Shown: one piece after another, positions 62,601-64,000 of the stretch | Numbering within the stretch: the stretch's first letter is position 1 | Layout of the letters: every line of letters begins with the position of its first letter | NCBI GenBank assembly: GCA_977862235.1 | Contig: OZ374558.1 | Coordinates: forward strand, 1,674,001 to 1,738,000 | Origin: Dudresnaya verticillata | Lineage: Eukaryota | Direction: 5' to 3' | DNA: 64,000 bases | Notes under the pieces: model-generated | What the model was told of the DNA's origin: nothing | Database searches by the model: none | What the model saw: only the letters and a program-made list of their open reading frames with translations | Program-made: the position numbers and the translations under genes

Positions 62601-63471
62601 CGCGTCTTGTTACCTGATTTGCTGGTCCGGATACAACAGTGACTTGCAAAGAATGCAAAGGATTACGGAGTCTTGCTCAGCTGGATGCCATCAAGCTGAG
62701 AAATCTCTGTTTTCCGAGGTGATATCCCGGAGATTTGCCTGCCCCCTGACTTTGCTGCATCGTGCCCTCAGCGACGCGAGAATCGATGTCATCCTGATGC
62801 CCTTAGGCAAAAATTTGCTCTTCATCATCATGCACTCGGGTCGTCGTTCTATTAGGGAATGAATCTGCTTCAAGCTGCTTGGGCAGTTCTCAAATGCGCC
62901 AGATCTTGGAAGAGGGAGATTTCTCGCGCAGTGCTGAGAGTAACCCGGATGCTCGCGGCCTGCCTGCTCTTGGTGGCAACGGTGCGGAGCGATGTTTGCC
63001 CAAAAGTGAATGAAAGAAAACTGCGTGACCCTTTGGGCATCCCCACCGCAAAGAACAGTATCTGTACAAGATACTTGTGCTGCGCGAGCTCGCGCACAAT
63101 GCCACAGGCGTACTCCGCGACGTCAGCATGGACAGGGCTGAGGAAGGATCGGGCACGCCAACTAAGTTGAAGGCTGCCTCCAGAACGGGCATGAAATTGT
63201 GGACAGAGATGCCCTGCGTGGGAGAAAAGCGGCCTGACGGACAAGGTGTTCATGCGGGAAGGAGGCAGTCTGGCGAGGCTTGTACTGTGAGGAAGAATGC
63301 AGCCACACTGTTCTTCCTCGAGCAGCAGCTTCAATCCGCGGTGGTATGCCACTCTGGGCCCCCTTCGCCTTCCAATTGGAGCCCCTGAAGAACGATGCCC
63401 TTATTACCGCCGGTTACGGTTTCTGGCTAGAGTGATCGGACGCGGGATGACTCCACCGTTCGTGCATGCAG

Positions 63472-63801
63472 TCAATTGTATCTGCCGACATGCCTCACAC
63501 TCTTGGTCGTTATTACCTTATATCGCCTCGATGTAGCCTGCTTAGCAGGGTTGTACACGAGCTGGCACATGACACAATCGTGTGATCTGCACTCACGCTT
63601 TGCTCCGCAAGGTGGAGCTCGGGATTCCACCTTATCGAGTGTCTTCTCCGATCCATCATCTTCAGCAGGAGGCAGTGATCTCGGCCTCTTAGCTCTTGGC
63701 CTCTTAGATCTCGGCCTCTTAATAAAAACGTATGTATTCCTGTTGAGACGAGCGTTTTCCACAGGCGTACTTGAAGCATGAGTGGAAGTCAATGACGACA
63801 T
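63472..63801 (-). CDS. Small basic hypothetical protein or gene fragment, copy of 39787-40116
   Basis: Near-identical ORF. Confidence 0.3.
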   Translation of the reverse strand: MSSLTSTHASSTPVENARLNRNTYVFIKRPRSKRPRAKRPRSLPPAEDDGSEKTLDKVESRAPPCGAKRECRSHDCVMCQLVYNPAKQATSRRYKVITTKSVRHVGRYN

Positions 63802-64000
63802 TGTGCGTGGGGGTAGGGCGTGGGAGGGGGAGCGGGACGGGGGTGGAAGGGGGGTGAAAGGGGGTGAAAGGGTGGAGGTCGAAAAGCTCCGGGAGGAAAA
63901 ATGCGGTACGAAAGGGGAGGTTTGACCGGAGAATGGGAGTGGCTTTCGAAGGGCGTCGGGAAGGCTAAGAAGGACGATACGGAACGGCAACGCAAGGTTG

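Larger units (their letters stand above)
57410..64000. repeat. Duplicated unit, copy 3 (starts at the equivalent of 33749; runs to the window end)
   Basis: TCAGACGCGTAGTG onwards is collinear with copy 1. Confidence 0.95.

Overview
Eukaryotic, TE-dense window. It is most likely from a multicellular red alga, inferred only from the style of the chromodomain-Gypsy, DIRS and C2H2 content. 1-26.9 kb is a nested cluster of Ty3/Gypsy LTR retrotransposons. It holds two near full-length but decayed chromodomain elements from different families (E1 712-12029 +; E2 12512-25779 -), remnants of an older element they inserted into, and further LTR relics. 32-64 kb holds three copies of an ~8.1 kb duplicated unit carrying a two-finger C2H2 zinc-finger gene, a decayed DIRS-type retroelement split by a solo LTR of the E2 family, and a truncated Pro/Ala-rich gene. 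The most striking signal has two parts. Both Gypsy elements carry a large antisense ORF between pol and the 3' LTR, and the two ORFs share a conserved, unrecognised domain. Each element is also saturated along its whole length, including coding sequence, with its own spaced palindrome (E1: CCGT-N-ACGG; E2: CGYC-NNN-GRCG). Together these suggest an element-encoded protein plus family-specific target-motif system, but this is a hypothesis.
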